The translations under genes were made by a program, and so were the position numbers. This document shows positions 63,601 through 64,000 of a DNA stretch of 64,000 bases, in pieces (position 1 is the stretch's first letter; the number at the start of each line of letters is the position of its first letter). Under the pieces are notes generated by a model. It saw only the letters and a list, made by a program, of their open reading frames with translations. It was not told where the DNA came from and searched no databases. The stretch comes from Phoronis australis (lineage: Eukaryota > Animalia > Phoronida), in contig NMRA01000054.1 in assembly GCA_002633005.1 (NCBI GenBank), positions 745,674 through 809,673 of the forward strand. The letters are read 5' to 3'.

Positions 63601-64000
63601 GCTTCCGCCAAGAAAAAGGAAAAACTGTTCATTATTAACCACCAGGAGTGCAGCATTCTCCCGTGCTCGTTCTTCTAAGAACACTGTAACATCTGAAGAT
63701 TACTGGACCGAAATGTCGACCAAGGTAAAAAGGCTAAGGGTTGGTGTGAATAGACCAACAGTGATGTTACCACATCACCACCTCAAAGAGGTTTAAGAAG
63801 ACGATATCGATGGTAGTGCTTGTGGTAGAAGGGTCTACCAAATACATTTTAGTTAGCGACAGTGGTGGTACAGTGAAGCAAACGTTACATATATTTACTT
63901 AAACGAATTTCTATTTGAAAAGAGCTACAGACAGGGTTGCACTTCATAGTGTTTTTTCAGTCATTTATTTTAAATTTGCGTTAAGAGTAATAACAGTGCA

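Noticed and set aside
63684-63720. CTGAAGA...CCGAAATGTCG, a Penelope-type minimal hammerhead remnant
   Set aside because: Stem II is unpaired and stems I/III cannot be demonstrated; too degenerate to call

Overview
Eukaryotic, intron-rich, AT-rich draft-assembly window, most consistent with an invertebrate animal genome (inference from gene families and TE types). It has 3 N-gaps and several single-N joins. Three spliced host genes can be reconstructed by hand with phase-consistent splice sites. (1) The 3' six exons of a GPI-anchored alkaline phosphatase (+, 2157-22572), which include a GC-AG intron. (2) A complete type-I membrane C-type lectin with a ~880-aa mucin-like stalk containing ~85-aa repeats (-, 45238-29078). 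(3) A DEG/ENaC (amiloride-sensitive) channel (+, from 49574, running off the window end). The ALP introns are packed with mobile DNA. One is a 7.1-kb internally deleted Polinton/Maverick with ~360-bp TIRs, a 6-bp TSD, a pPolB remnant and an unknown decayed cargo ORF. Another is a 3.2-kb Gypsy-type LTR element with no pol, encoding an HhH (ComEA-like) domain, gag and a TatD nuclease. Kolobok/THAP elements, a Penelope GIY-YIG fragment, MITEs and LINE fragments are also present. Two tandem duplications joined at single Ns are probably uncollapsed haplotypes. All calls come from manual reading and motif recall; no database searches were run.
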